The position numbers and the translations under genes were made by a program. From Eledone cirrhosa (lineage: Eukaryota): a DNA stretch of 64,000 bases. The stretch lies in contig OZ024741.1 of assembly GCA_964016885.1 (NCBI GenBank), positions 396,428,001-396,492,000 on the forward strand, given 5' to 3'. Shown piece after piece: positions 42,701 through 58,660 of this stretch (positions are counted from its first letter, which is position 1; each line of letters starts with the position of its first letter). The notes beneath the pieces were generated by a model. It saw only the letters and a list, made by a program, of their open reading frames with translations. It made no database searches and was not told the origin of the DNA.

Positions 42701-45700
42701 ACCACAAGGTTAAAGTGCATCAATCAGTCACACCACAAGGGTCAAAGTGCATCAATCAGTCAGACCACAAGGGTCAAAGTGGATCAATCAGTCACACCAC
42801 AAGGGTCAAAGTGCATCAATCAATCACACCACAAGGGTCAAAGTGCATCAATCAGTCACACCACAAGAGTCAAGGGGCACCAATCAGTCACACCACAAGG
42901 GTCAAATTCCTTCAATCAGTCACACCACAAGGGTCAAAGTGCATCAATCAGTCACACCTCAAGAGTCAAAGTGCATCAATCAGTCACACCACAAGGGTCA
43001 AAGTGCATCAATCAGTCACACCACGAGGGTCAAAGTGCATCAATCAGTCACACGACAAGGGTCAAAGTGCATCAATCAGTCACACCACAAGGGTCAAAGT
43101 GCATCAATCAGTCACACCACAAGGGTCAAAGTGCATCAATCAGTCACACCACAAGGGTCAAAGTGCATCAATCAGTCACACCACAAGAGTCAAAGTGCAT
43201 CAATCAGTCACACCACAAGGGTCAAATTCCTTCAATCAGTCACACCACAAGAGTCAAAGTGCATCAATCAGTCACACCACAAGGGTCAAAGTGCATCAAT
43301 CAGTCACACCACAAGAGTCAAATTCCTTCAATCAGTCACACCACAAGGGTCAAATTCCTTCAATCAGTCACACCACAAGGGTCAAAGTGCATCACAGTCA
43401 CACCACAAGTGTCAAAGTGCATCAATCAGTCACACCACAAGGGTCAAAGAGCATCAATCAGTCACACAACAAGAGTCAAAGTGCATCAATCAGCCACACC
43501 ACAAGGTTAAAGTGCATCAATCAGTCACACCACAAGGGTCAAAGTGCATCAATCAGTCAGACCACAAGGGTCAAAGTGGATCAATCAGTCACACCACAAG
43601 AGTCAAATTCCTTCAATCAGTCACACCACAAGGGTCAAATTCCTTCAATCAGTCACACCACAAGGGTCAAAGTGCATCAATCAGTCACACCACAAGGGTC
43701 AAAGTGCATCAATCAGTCACACCACAAGGGTCAAAGTGCATCAATCAGTCACACCACAAGAGTCAAAGTGCATCAATCAGTCACACCACAAGGGTCAAAG
43801 TGCATCAATCAGTCACACCACAAGGGTCAAAGTGCATCAATCAGTCACACCACAAGAGTCAAAGTGCATCAATCAGTCACACCACAAGGGTCAAAGTGCA
43901 TCAATCAGTCACACCACAAGGGTCAAAGTGCATCAATCAGTCACACCACAAGGGTCAAAGTGCATCAATCAGTCACACCACAAGAGTCAAAGTGCATCAA
44001 TCAGTCACACCACAAGGGTCAAATTCCTTCAATCAGTCACACCACAAGAGTCAAAGTGCATCAATCAGTCACACCACAAGCGTCAAAGTGCATCAATCAG
44101 TTACACCACAAGGGTCAAAGTGCATCAATCAGTCACACCACACGAGTCAAAGTGCATCAATCAGTCACACCACAAGGGTCAAAGTGCATCAATCAGTCAC
44201 ACCACAAGGGTCAAAGTGCATCACAGTCACACCACAAGTGTCAAAGTGCATCAATCAGTCACACCACAAGGGTCAAAGAGCATCAATCAGTCACACAACA
44301 AGAGTCAAAGTGCATCAATCAGCCACACCACAAGGTTAAAGTGCATCAATCAGTCACACCACAAGGGTCAAAGTGCATCAATCAGTCAGACCACAAGGGT
44401 CAAAGTGGATCAATCAGTCACACCACAAGGGTCAAAGTGCATCAATCAATCACACCACAAGGGTCAAAGTGCATCAATCAGTCACACCACAAGAGTCAAG
44501 GGGCACCAATCAGTCACACCACAAGGGTCAAATTCCTTCAATCAGTCACACCACAAGGGTCAAAGTGCATCAATCAGTCACACCTCAAGAGTCAAAGTGC
44601 ATCAATCAGTCACACCACAAGGGTCAAAGTGCATCAATCAGTCACACCACGAGGGTCAAAGTGCATCAATCAGTCACACGACAAGGGTCAAAGTGCATCA
44701 ATCAGTCACACCACAAGGGTCAAAGTGCATCAATCAGTCACACCACAAGGGTCAAAGTGCATCAATCAGTCACACCACAAGGGTCAAAGTGCATCAATCA
44801 GTCACACCACAAGAGTCAAAGTGCATCAATCAGTCACACCACAAGGGTCAAATTCCTTCAATCAGTCACACCACAAGAGTCAAAGTGCATCAATCAGTCA
44901 CACCACAAGGGTCAAAGTGCATCAATCAGTCACACCACAAGGGTCAAAGTGCATCAATCATTCACACCACAAGGGTCAAAGTGCATCAATCAGTGACACC
45001 ACAAGGGTCAAAGTGCATCAATCAGTCACACCACAAGAGTCAAAGTGCATCAATCAGTCACACCACAAGAGTCAAGGGGCACCAATCAGTCACACCACAA
45101 GGGTCAAATTCCTTCAATCAGTCACACCACAAGGGTCAAAGTGCATCAATCAGTCACACCTCAAGACTCAAAGTGCATCAATCAGTCACACCACAAGGGT
45201 CAAAGTGCATCAATCAGTCACACCACGAGAGTCAAAGTGCATCAATCAGTCACACGACAAGGGTCAAAGTGCATCAATCAGTCACACCACAAGGGTCAAA
45301 GTGCATCAATCAGTAACACCACAAGAGTCAAACAGCATCAATCAGTCACACCACAAGGGTCAACGTGCATCAATCAGTCACACCACAAGGGTCAAAGTGC
45401 ATCAATCAGTCACACCACAAGGGTCAAAGTGCATCAATCAGTCACACCACAAGGGTCAAAGTGCATCAATCAGCCACACCACAAGGATCAAAGTGCATCT
45501 ATCAGTCACACCACAAGAGTCAAAGTGCATCAATCAGCCACACCACAAGAGTCAAAGTGCATCAATCAGTTACACCACAAGAGTCAAAGTGCATCAATCA
45601 GTCACACCACAAGGGTGAAAGTGCATCAATCAGCCACACCACAAGGGTCAAAGTGCATCAATCAGTCACACCACAAGAGTCAAAGTGCATCAATCAGACA

Positions 45701-45870
45701 CACCACAAGAGTCAAAGTGCATCAATCAGTGACACCACAAGGGTCAAAGTGCTTCAATCAGTCACACCACAAGAGTCAAAGTGTTTCAATCAGTCACACC
45801 ACAAGAGTCAAAGTGCATCAATCAGTCACACCACAAGGGTCAAATTCCTTCAATCAGTCACACCACAAGG
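33750..45870 (+). repeat. Tandem duplication with a 6,036-bp unit (189 monomers minus 12 bp of indels)
   Basis: Private variant AAGGCTCAAAGGGC at 33795 and 39831. ORF starts offset by 6036 (34125/40161, 34701/40737, 35914/41950, 36711/42747, 37508/43544, 38337/44373, 39009/45045). Only a few single-base differences seen. Confidence 0.93.
35750..38350 (+). repeat. Sub-HOR cluster of four indel cassettes at 797, 797 and 829 bp spacing (25, 25 and 26 monomers minus 3 bp), repeated in each ~6-kb HOR copy
   Basis: AAGGTTAAAG (1-bp deletion junction) at 35873, 36670, 37467 and 38296. The same quartet recurs at 41909-44332, 47846-50269, 53783-56046 and 61445-63708. Confidence 0.9.
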
Positions 45871-48800
45871 GTCAAAGTGCATCAATCAGTCACACCACAT
45901 GGGTCAAAGTGCATCAATCAGTCACACCACAAGAGTCAAAGTGCTTCAATCAGTCACACCACAAGGGTCAAATTCCTTCAATCAGTCACACCACAAGGGT
46001 CAAAGTGCATCAATCAGTCACACCAGAAGGGTCAAAGTGCATCAATCAGTCACACCACAAGGGTCAAAGTGCATCAATCAGTCACACCACAAGGGTCAAA
46101 TTCCTTCAATCAGTCACACCACAAGAGTCAAAGTGCATCAATCAGTCACACCACAAGAGTCAAAGTGCTTCAATCAGTCACACCACAAGGGTCAAATTCC
46201 TTCAATCAGTCACACCACAAGGGTCAAAGTGCATCAATCAGTCACACCACAAGAGTCAAAGTGCATCAATCAGTCACACCACAAGGGTCAAAGTGCATCA
46301 ATCAGTCACACCACAAGAGTCAAAGTGCATCAATCAGTCACACCACAAGGGTCAAAGTGCATCAATCAGTCACACCACAAGGGTCAAAGTGCATCAATCA
46401 GTCACACCACAAGAGTCAAAGTGCATCAATCAGTCACACCACAAGGGTCAAAGTGCATCAATCAGTCACACCACAAGGGTCAAAGTGCATCAATCAGTCA
46501 CACCACAAGGGTCAAAGTGCATCAATCAGTCACACCACACGAGTCAAAGTGCATCAATCAGTCACACCACAAGGGTCAAAGTGCATCAATCAGTCACACC
46601 ACAAGGGTCAAAGTGCATTACAGTCACACCACAAGTGTCAAAGTGCATCAATCAGTCACACCACAAGGGTCAAAGAGCATCAATCAGTCACACAACAAGA
46701 GTCAAAGTGCATCAATCAGCCACACCACAAGGTTAAAGTGCATCAATCAGTCACACCACAAGGGTCAAAGTGCATCAATCAGTCACACCACAAGAGTCAA
46801 AGTGCATCAATCAGTCACACCACAAGGGTCAAATTCCTTCAATCAGTCACACCACAAGGGTCAAAGTGCATCAATCAGTCACACCACAAGATTCAAAGTG
46901 CATCAATCAGTCACACCACAAGGGTCAAAGTGCATCAATCAGTCACACCACGAGGGTCAAAGTGCATCAATCAGTCACACGACAAGGGTCAAAGTGCATC
47001 AATCAGTCACACCACAAGGGTCAAAGTGCATCAATCAGTCAGACCACAAGGGTCAAAGTGGATCAATCAGTCACACCACAAGAGTCAAAGTGCATCAATC
47101 AGTCACACCACAAGAGTCAAAGTGCTTCAATCAGTCACACCACAAGGGTCAATTTCCTTCAATCAGTCACACCACAAGGGTCAAAGTGCATCAATCAGTC
47201 ACACCACAAGGGTCAAAGTGCATCAATCAGTCACACCACAAGGGTCAAAGTGCATCAATCAGTCACACCACAAGAGTCAAAGTGCATCAATCAGTCACAC
47301 CACAAGGGTCAAAGTGCATCAATCAGTCACACCACAAGGGTCAAAGTGCATCAATCAGTCACACCACAAGAGTCAAAGTGCATCAATCAGTCACACCACA
47401 AGGGTCAAAGTGCATCAATCAGTCACACCACAAGGGTCAAAGTGCATCAATCAGTCACACCACAAGGGTCAAAGTGCATCAATCAGTCACACCACAAGAG
47501 TCAAAGTGCATCAATCAGTCACACCACAAGGGTCAAATTCCTTCAATCAGTCACACCACAAGAGTCAAAGTGCATCAATCAGTCACACCACAAGGGTCAA
47601 AGTGCATCAATCAGTTACACCACAAGGGTCAAAGTGCATCATTCAGTCACACCACACGAGTCAAAGTGCATCAATCAGTCACACCACAAGGGTCAAAGTG
47701 CATCAATCAGTCACACCACAAGGGTCAAAGTGCATCACAGTCACACCACAAGTGTCAAAGTGCATCAATCAGTCACACCACAAGGGTCAAAGAGCATCAA
47801 TCAGTCACACAACAAGAGTCAAAGTGCATCAATCAGCCACACCACAAGGTTAAAGTGCATCAATCAGTCACACCACAAGGGTCAAAGTGCATCAATCAGT
47901 CAGACCACAAGGGTCAAAGTGGATCAATCAGTCACACCACAAGGGTCAAAGTGCATCAATCAATCACACCACAAGGGTCAAAGTGCATCAATCAGTCACA
48001 CCACAAGAGTCAAGGGGCACCAATCAGTCACACCACAAGGGTCAAATTCCTTCAATCAGTCACACCACAAGGGTCAAAGTGCATCAATCAGTCACACCTC
48101 AAGAGTCAAAGTGCATCAATCAGTCACACCACAAGGGTCAAAGTGCATCAATCAGTCACACCACGAGGGTCAAAGTGCATCAATCAGTCACACGACAAGG
48201 GTCAAAGTGCATCAATCAGTCACACCACAAGGGTCAAAGTGCATCAATCAGTCACACCACAAGGGTCAAAGTGCATCAATCAGTCACACCACAAGAGTCA
48301 AAGTGCATCAATCAGTCACACCACAAGGGTCAAATTCCTTCAATCAGTCACACCACAAGAGTCAAAGTGCATCAATCAGTCACACCACAAGGGTCAAAGT
48401 GCATCAATCAGTTACACCACAAGGGTCAAAGTGCATCAATCAGTCACACCACACGAGTCAAAGTGCATCAATCAGTCACACCACAAGGGTCAAAGTGCAT
48501 CAATCAGTCACACCACAAGGGTCAAAGTGCATCACAGTCACACCACAAGTGTCAAAGTGCATCAATCAGTCACACCACAAGGGTCAAAGAGCATCAATCA
48601 GTCACACAACAAGAGTCAAAGTGCATCAATCAGCCACACCACAAGGTTAAAGTGCATCAATCAGTCACACCACAAGGGTCAAAGTGCATCAATCAGTCAG
48701 ACCACAAGGGTCAAAGTGGATCAATCAGTCACACCACAAGGGTCAAAGTGCATCAATCAATCACACCACAAGGGTCAAAGTGCATCAATCAGTCACACCA

Positions 48801-51800
48801 CAAGAGTCAAGGGGCACCAATCAGTCACACCACAAGGGTCAAATTCCTTCAATCAGTCACACCACAAGGGTCAAAGTGCATCAATCAGTCACACCTCAAG
48901 AGTCAAAGTGCATCAATCAGTCACACCACAAGGGTCAAAGTGCATCAATCAGTCACACCACGAGGGTCAAAGTGCATCAATCAGTCACACGACAAGGGTC
49001 AAAGTGCATCAATCAGTCACACCACAAGGGTCAAAGTGCATCAATCAGTCACACCACAAGGGTCAAAGTGCATCAATCAGTCACACCACAAGGGTCAAAG
49101 TGCATCAATCAGTCACACCACAAGAGTCAAAGTGCATCAATCAGTCACACCACAAGGGTCAAATTCCTTCAATCAGTCACACCACAAGAGTCAAAGTGCA
49201 TCAATCAGTCACACCACAAGGGTCAAAGTGCATCAATCAGTCACACCACAAGAGTCAAATTCCTTCAATCAGTCACACCACAAGGGTCAAATTCCTTCAA
49301 TCAGTCACACCACAAGGGTCAAAGTGCATCACAGTCACACCACAAGTGTCAAAGTGCATCAATCAGTCACACCACAAGGGTCAAAGAGCATCAATCAGTC
49401 ACACAACAAGAGTCAAAGTGCATCAATCAGCCACACCACAAGGTTAAAGTGCATCAATCAGTCACACCACAAGGGTCAAAGTGCATCAATCAGTCAGACC
49501 ACAAGGGTCAAAGTGGATCAATCAGTCACACCACAAGAGTCAAATTCCTTCAATCAGTCACACCACAAGGGTCAAATTCCTTCAATCAGTCACACCACAA
49601 GGGTCAAAGTGCATCAATCAGTCACACCACAAGGGTCAAAGTGCATCAATCAGTCACACCACAAGGGTCAAAGTGCATCAATCAGTCACACCACAAGAGT
49701 CAAAGTGCATCAATCAGTCACACCACAAGGGTCAAAGTGCATCAATCAGTCACACCACAAGGGTCAAAGTGCATCAATCAGTCACACCACAAGAGTCAAA
49801 GTGCATCAATCAGTCACACCACAAGGGTCAAAGTGCATCAATCAGTCACACCACAAGGGTCAAAGTGCATCAATCAGTCACACCACAAGGGTCAAAGTGC
49901 ATCAATCAGTCACACCACAAGAGTCAAAGTGCATCAATCAGTCACACCACAAGGGTCAAATTCCTTCAATCAGTCACACCACAAGAGTCAAAGTGCATCA
50001 ATCAGTCACACCACAAGCGTCAAAGTGCATCAATCAGTTACACCACAAGGGTCAAAGTGCATCAATCAGTCACACCACACGAGTCAAAGTGCATCAATCA
50101 GTCACACCACAAGGGTCAAAGTGCATCAATCAGTCACACCACAAGGGTCAAAGTGCATCACAGTCACACCACAAGTGTCAAAGTGCATCAATCAGTCACA
50201 CCACAAGGGTCAAAGAGCATCAATCAGTCACACAACAAGAGTCAAAGTGCATCAATCAGCCACACCACAAGGTTAAAGTGCATCAATCAGTCACACCACA
50301 AGGGTCAAAGTGCATCAATCAGTCAGACCACAAGGGTCAAAGTGGATCAATCAGTCACACCACAAGGGTCAAAGTGCATCAATCAATCACACCACAAGGG
50401 TCAAAGTGCATCAATCAGTCACACCACAAGAGTCAAGGGGCACCAATCAGTCACACCACAAGGGTCAAATTCCTTCAATCAGTCACACCACAAGGGTCAA
50501 AGTGCATCAATCAGTCACACCTCAAGAGTCAAAGTGCATCAATCAGTCACACCACAAGGGTCAAAGTGCATCAATCAGTCACACCACGAGGGTCAAAGTG
50601 CATCAATCAGTCACACGACAAGGGTCAAAGTGCATCAATCAGTCACACCACAAGGGTCAAAGTGCATCAATCAGTCACACCACAAGGGTCAAAGTGCATC
50701 AATCAGTCACACCACAAGGGTCAAAGTGCATCAATCAGTCACACCACAAGAGTCAAAGTGCATCAATCAGTCACACCACAAGGGTCAAATTCCTTCAATC
50801 AGTCACACCACAAGAGTCAAAGTGCATCAATCAGTCACACCACAAGGGTCAAAGTGCATCAATCAGTCACACCACAAGGGTCAAAGTGCATCAATCATTC
50901 ACACCACAAGGGTCAAAGTGCATCAATCAGTGACACCACAAGGGTCAAAGTGCATCAATCAGTCACACCACAAGAGTCAAAGTGCATCAATCAGTCACAC
51001 CACAAGAGTCAAGGGGCACCAATCAGTCACACCACAAGGGTCAAATTCCTTCAATCAGTCACACCACAAGGGTCAAAGTGCATCAATCAGTCACACCTCA
51101 AGACTCAAAGTGCATCAATCAGTCACACCACAAGGGTCAAAGTGCATCAATCAGTCACACCACGAGAGTCAAAGTGCATCAATCAGTCACACGACAAGGG
51201 TCAAAGTGCATCAATCAGTCACACCACAAGGGTCAAAGTGCATCAATCAGTAACACCACAAGAGTCAAACAGCATCAATCAGTCACACCACAAGGGTCAA
51301 CGTGCATCAATCAGTCACACCACAAGGGTCAAAGTGCATCAATCAGTCACACCACAAGGGTCAAAGTGCATCAATCAGTCACACCACAAGGGTCAAAGTG
51401 CATCAATCAGCCACACCACAAGGGTCAAAGTGCATCAATCAGTCACACCACAAGAGTCAAAGTGCATCAATCAGCCACACCACAAGAGTCAAAGTGCATC
51501 AATCAGTTACACCACAAGAGTCAAAGTGCATCAATCAGTCACACCACAAGGGTGAAAGTGCATCAATCAGCCACACCACAAGGGTCAAAGTGCATCAATC
51601 AGTCACACCACAAGAGTCAAAGTGCATCAATCAGACACACCACAAGAGTCAAAGTGCATCAATCAGTGACACCACAAGGGTCAAAGTGCTTCAATCAGTC
51701 ACACCACAAGAGTCAAAGTGTTTCAATCAGTCACACCACAAGAGTCAAAGTGCATCAATCAGTCACACCACAAGGGTCAAATTCCTTCAATCAGTCACAC

Positions 51801-54800
51801 CACAAGGGTCAAAGTGCATCAATCAGTCACACCACATGGGTCAAAGTGCATCAATCAGTCACACCACAAGAGTCAAAGTGCTTCAATCAGTCACACCACA
51901 AGGGTCAAATTCCTTCAATCAGTCACACCACAAGGGTCAAAGTGCATCAATCAGTCACACCAGAAGGGTCAAAGTGCATCAATCAGTCACACCACAAGGG
52001 TCAAAGTGCATCAATCAGTCACACCACAAGGGTCAAATTCCTTCAATCAGTCACACCACAAGAGTCAAAGTGCATCAATCAGTCACACCACAAGAGTCAA
52101 AGTGCTTCAATCAGTCACACCACAAGGGTCAAATTCCTTCAATCAGTCACACCACAAGGGTCAAAGTGCATCAATCAGTCACACCACAAGAGTCAAAGTG
52201 CATCAATCAGTCACACCACAAGGGTCAAAGTGCATCAATCAGTCACACCACAAGAGTCAAAGTGCATCAATCAGTCACACCACAAGGGTCAAAGTGCATC
52301 AATCAGTCACACCACAAGGGTCAAAGTGCATCAATCAGTCACACCACAAGAGTCAAAGTGCATCAATCAGTCACACCACAAGGGTCAAAGTGCATCAATC
52401 AGTCACACCACAAGGGTCAAAGTGCATCAATCAGTCACACCACAAGGGTCAAAGTGCATCAATCAGTCACACCACACGAGTCAAAGTGCATCAATCAGTC
52501 ACACCACAAGGGTCAAAGTGCATCAATCAGTCACACCACAAGGGTCAAAGTGCATTACAGTCACACCACAAGTGTCAAAGTGCATCAATCAGTCACACCA
52601 CAAGGGTCAAAGAGCATCAATCAGTCACACAACAAGAGTCAAAGTGCATCAATCAGCCACACCACAAGGTTAAAGTGCATCAATCAGTCACACCACAAGG
52701 GTCAAAGTGCATCAATCAGTCACACCACAAGAGTCAAAGTGCATCAATCAGTCACACCACAAGGGTCAAATTCCTTCAATCAGTCACACCACAAGGGTCA
52801 AAGTGCATCAATCAGTCACACCACAAGATTCAAAGTGCATCAATCAGTCACACCACAAGGGTCAAAGTGCATCAATCAGTCACACCACGAGGGTCAAAGT
52901 GCATCAATCAGTCACACGACAAGGGTCAAAGTGCATCAATCAGTCACACCACAAGGGTCAAAGTGCATCAATCAGTCAGACCACAAGGGTCAAAGTGGAT
53001 CAATCAGTCACACCACAAGAGTCAAAGTGCATCAATCAGTCACACCACAAGAGTCAAAGTGCTTCAATCAGTCACACCACAAGGGTCAATTTCCTTCAAT
53101 CAGTCACACCACAAGGGTCAAAGTGCATCAATCAGTCACACCACAAGGGTCAAAGTGCATCAATCAGTCACACCACAAGGGTCAAAGTGCATCAATCAGT
53201 CACACCACAAGAGTCAAAGTGCATCAATCAGTCACACCACAAGGGTCAAAGTGCATCAATCAGTCACACCACAAGGGTCAAAGTGCATCAATCAGTCACA
53301 CCACAAGAGTCAAAGTGCATCAATCAGTCACACCACAAGGGTCAAAGTGCATCAATCAGTCACACCACAAGGGTCAAAGTGCATCAATCAGTCACACCAC
53401 AAGGGTCAAAGTGCATCAATCAGTCACACCACAAGAGTCAAAGTGCATCAATCAGTCACACCACAAGGGTCAAATTCCTTCAATCAGTCACACCACAAGA
53501 GTCAAAGTGCATCAATCAGTCACACCACAAGGGTCAAAGTGCATCAATCAGTTACACCACAAGGGTCAAAGTGCATCATTCAGTCACACCACACGAGTCA
53601 AAGTGCATCAATCAGTCACACCACAAGGGTCAAAGTGCATCAATCAGTCACACCACAAGGGTCAAAGTGCATCACAGTCACACCACAAGTGTCAAAGTGC
53701 ATCAATCAGTCACACCACAAGGGTCAAAGAGCATCAATCAGTCACACAACAAGAGTCAAAGTGCATCAATCAGCCACACCACAAGGTTAAAGTGCATCAA
53801 TCAGTCACACCACAAGGGTCAAAGTGCATCAATCAGTCAGACCACAAGGGTCAAAGTGGATCAATCAGTCACACCACAAGGGTCAAAGTGCATCAATCAA
53901 TCACACCACAAGGGTCAAAGTGCATCAATCAGTCACACCACAAGAGTCAAGGGGCACCAATCAGTCACACCACAAGGGTCAAATTCCTTCAATCAGTCAC
54001 ACCACAAGGGTCAAAGTGCATCAATCAGTCACACCTCAAGAGTCAAAGTGCATCAATCAGTCACACCACAAGGGTCAAAGTGCATCAATCAGTCACACCA
54101 CGAGGGTCAAAGTGCATCAATCAGTCACACGACAAGGGTCAAAGTGCATCAATCAGTCACACCACAAGGGTCAAAGTGCATCAATCAGTCACACCACAAG
54201 GGTCAAAGTGCATCAATCAGTCACACCACAAGAGTCAAAGTGCATCAATCAGTCACACCACAAGGGTCAAATTCCTTCAATCAGTCACACCACAAGAGTC
54301 AAAGTGCATCAATCAGTCACACCACAAGGGTCAAAGTGCATCAATCAGTTACACCACAAGGGTCAAAGTGCATCAATCAGTCACACCACACGAGTCAAAG
54401 TGCATCAATCAGTCACACCACAAGGGTCAAAGTGCATCAATCAGTCACACCACAAGGGTCAAAGTGCATCACAGTCACACCACAAGTGTCAAAGTGCATC
54501 AATCAGTCACACCACAAGGGTCAAAGAGCATCAATCAGTCACACAACAAGAGTCAAAGTGCATCAATCAGCCACACCACAAGGTTAAAGTGCATCAATCA
54601 GTCACACCACAAGGGTCAAAGTGCATCAATCAGTCAGACCACAAGGGTCAAAGTGGATCAATCAGTCACACCACAAGGGTCAAAGTGCATCAATCAATCA
54701 CACCACAAGGGTCAAAGTGCATCAATCAGTCACACCACAAGAGTCAAGGGGCACCAATCAGTCACACCACAAGGGTCAAATTCCTTCAATCAGTCACACC

Positions 54801-57800
54801 ACAAGGGTCAAAGTGCATCAATCAGTCACACCTCAAGAGTCAAAGTGCATCAATCAGTCACACCACAAGGGTCAAAGTGCATCAATCAGTCACACCACGA
54901 GGGTCAAAGTGCATCAATCAGTCACACGACAAGGGTCAAAGTGCATCAATCAGTCACACCACAAGGGTCAAAGTGCATCAATCAGTCACACCACAAGGGT
55001 CAAAGTGCATCAATCAGTCACACCACAAGGGTCAAAGTGCATCAATCAGTCACACCACAAGAGTCAAAGTGCATCAATCAGTCACACCACAAGGGTCAAA
55101 TTCCTTCAATCAGTCACACCACAAGAGTCAAAGTGCATCAATCAGTCACACCACAAGGGTCAAAGTGCATCAATCAGTCACACCACAAGAGTCAAATTCC
55201 TTCAATCAGTCACACCACAAGGGTCAAATTCCTTCAATCAGTCACACCACAAGGGTCAAAGTGCATCACAGTCACACCACAAGTGTCAAAGTGCATCAAT
55301 CAGTCACACCACAAGGGTCAAAGAGCATCAATCAGTCACACAACAAGAGTCAAAGTGCATCAATCAGCCACACCACAAGGTTAAAGTGCATCAATCAGTC
55401 ACACCACAAGGGTCAAAGTGCATCAATCAGTCAGACCACAAGGGTCAAAGTGGATCAATCAGTCACACCACAAGAGTCAAATTCCTTCAATCAGTCACAC
55501 CACAAGGGTCAAATTCCTTCAATCAGTCACACCACAAGGGTCAAAGTGCATCAATCAGTCACACCACAAGGGTCAAAGTGCATCAATCAGTCACACCACA
55601 AGGGTCAAAGTGCATCAATCAGTCACACCACAAGAGTCAAAGTGCATCAATCAGTCACACCACAAGGGTCAAAGTGCATCAATCAGTCACACCACAAGGG
55701 TCAAAGTGCATCAATCAGTCACACCACAAGAGTCAAAGTGCATCAATCAGTCACACCACAAGAGTCAAAGTGCATCAATCAGTCACACCACAAGCGTCAA
55801 AGTGCATCAATCAGTTACACCACAAGGGTCAAAGTGCATCAATCAGTCACACCACACGAGTCAAAGTGCATCAATCAGTCACACCACAAGGGTCAAAGTG
55901 CATCAATCAGTCACACCACAAGGGTCAAAGTGCATCACAGTCACACCACAAGTGTCAAAGTGCATCAATCAGTCACACCACAAGGGTCAAAGAGCATCAA
56001 TCAGTCACACAACAAGAGTCAAAGTGCATCAATCAGCCACACCACAAGGTTAAAGTGCATCAATCAGTCACACCACAAGGGTCAAAGTGCATCAATCAGT
56101 CAGACCACAAGGGTCAAAGTGGATCAATCAGTCACACCACAAGGGTCAAAGTGCATCAATCAATCACACCACAAGGGTCAAAGTGCATCAATCAGTCACA
56201 CCACAAGAGTCAAGGGGCACCAATCAGTCACACCACAAGGGTCAAATTCCTTCAATCAGTCACACCACAAGGGTCAAAGTGCATCAATCAGTCACACCTC
56301 AAGAGTCAAAGTGCATCAATCAGTCACACCACAAGGGTCAAAGTGCATCAATCAGTCACACCACGAGGGTCAAAGTGCATCAATCAGTCACACGACAAGG
56401 GTCAAAGTGCATCAATCAGTCACACCACAAGGGTCAAAGTGCATCAATCAGTCACACCACAAGGGTCAAAGTGCATCAATCAGTCACACCACAAGGGTCA
56501 AAGTGCATCAATCAGTCACACCACAAGAGTCAAAGTGCATCAATCAGTCACACCACAAGGGTCAAATTCCTTCAATCAGTCACACCACAAGAGTCAAAGT
56601 GCATCAATCAGTCACACCACAAGGGTCAAAGTGCATCAATCAGTCACACCACAAGGGTCAAAGTGCATCAATCATTCACACCACAAGGGTCAAAGTGCAT
56701 CAATCAGTGACACCACAAGGGTCAAAGTGCATCAATCAGTCACACCACAAGAGTCAAAGTGCATCAATCAGTCACACCACAAGAGTCAAGGGGCACCAAT
56801 CAGTCACACCACAAGGGTCAAATTCCTTCAATCAGTCACACCTCAAGGGTCAAAGTGCATCAATCAGTCACACCTCAAGACTCAAAGTGCATCAATCAGT
56901 CACACCACAAGGGTCAAAGTGCATCAATCAGTCACACCACGAGAGTCAAAGTGCATCAATCAGTCACACGACAAGGGTCAAAGTGCATCAATCAGTCACA
57001 CCACAAGGGTCAAAGTGCATCAATCAGTAACACCACAAGAGTCAAACAGCATCAATCAGTCACACCACAAGGGTCAACGTGCATCAATCAGTCACACCAC
57101 AAGGGTCAAAGTGCATCAATCAGTCACACCACAAGGGTCAAAGTGCATCAATCAGTCACACCACAAGGGTCAAAGTGCATCAATCAGCCACACCACAAGG
57201 GTCAAAGTGCATCTATCAGTCACACCACAAGAGTCAAAGTGCATCAATCAGCCACACCACAAGAGTCAAAGTGCATCAATCAGTTACACCACAAGAGTCA
57301 AAGTGCATCAATCAGTCACACCACAAGGGTGAAAGTGCATCAATCAGCCACACCACAAGGGTCAAAGTGCATCAATCAGTCACACCACAAGAGTCAAAGT
57401 GCATCAATCAGACACACCACAAGAGTCAAAGTGCATCAATCAGTGACACCACAAGGGTCAAAGTGCTTCAATCAGTCACACCACAAGAGTCAAAGTGTTT
57501 CAATCAGTCACACCACAAGAGTCAAAGTGCATCAATCAGTCACACCACAAGGGTCAAATTCCTTCAATCAGTCACACCACAAGGGTCAAAGTGCATCAAT
57601 CAGTCACACCACATGGGTCAAAGTGCATCAATCAGTCACACCACAAGAGTCAAAGTGCTTCAATCAGTCACACCACAAGGGTCAAATTCCTTCAATCAGT
57701 CACACCACAAGGGTCAAAGTGCATCAATCAGTCACACCAGAAGGGTCAAAGTGCATCAATCAGTCACACCACAAGGGTCAAAGTGCATCAATCAGTCACA

Positions 57801-58660
57801 CCACAAGGGTCAAATTCCTTCAATCAGTCACACCACAAGAGTCAAAGTGCATCAATCAGTCACACCACAAGAGTCAAAGTGCTTCAATCAGTCACACCAC
57901 AAGGGTCAAATTCCTTCAATCAGTCACACCACAAGGGTCAAAGTGCATCAATCAGTCACACCACAAGAGTCAAAGTGCATCAATCAGTCACACCACAAGG
58001 GTCAAAGTGCATCAATCAGTCACACCACAAGAGTCAAAGTGCATCAATCAGTCACACCACAAGGGTCAAAGTGCATCAATCAGTCACACCACAAGGGTCA
58101 AAGTGCATCAATCAGTCACACCACAAGAGTCAAAGTGCATCAATCAGTCACACCACAAGGGTCAAAGTGCATCAATCAGTCACACCACAAGGGTCAAAGT
58201 GCATCAATCAGTCACACCACAAGGGTCAAAGTGCATCAATCAGTCACACCACACGAGTCAAAGTGCATCAATCAGTCACACCACAAGGGTCAAAGTGCAT
58301 CAATCAGTCACACCACAAGGGTCAAAGTGCATTACAGTCACACCACAAGTGTCAAAGTGCATCAATCAGTCACACCACAAGGGTCAAAGAGCATCAATCA
58401 GTCACACAACAAGAGTCAAAGTGCATCAATCAGCCACACCACAAGGTTAAAGTGCATCAATCAGTCACACCACAAGGGTCAAAGTGCATCAATCAGTCAC
58501 ACCACAAGAGTCAAAGTGCATCAATCAGTCACACCACAAGGGTCAAATTCCTTCAATCAGTCACACCACAAGGGTCAAAGTGCATCAATCAGTCACACCA
58601 CAAGATTCAAAGTGCATCAATCAGTCACACCACAAGGGTCAAAGTGCATCAATCAGTCAC
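41125..58660 (+). repeat. Higher-order repeat with a 5,937-bp unit (186 monomers minus 15 bp), about 3 copies; the third lacks 160 bp (5 monomers) near 55.75 kb
   Basis: Marker GTCAATTTCC at 41211, 47148 and 53085 (+5937 each). Marker AAGCGTC at 44078, 50015 and 55792 (+5937, +5777). Marker CCACATGGG at 45895, 51832 and 57609 (+5937, +5777). ORF starts show the same offsets. Confidence 0.93.
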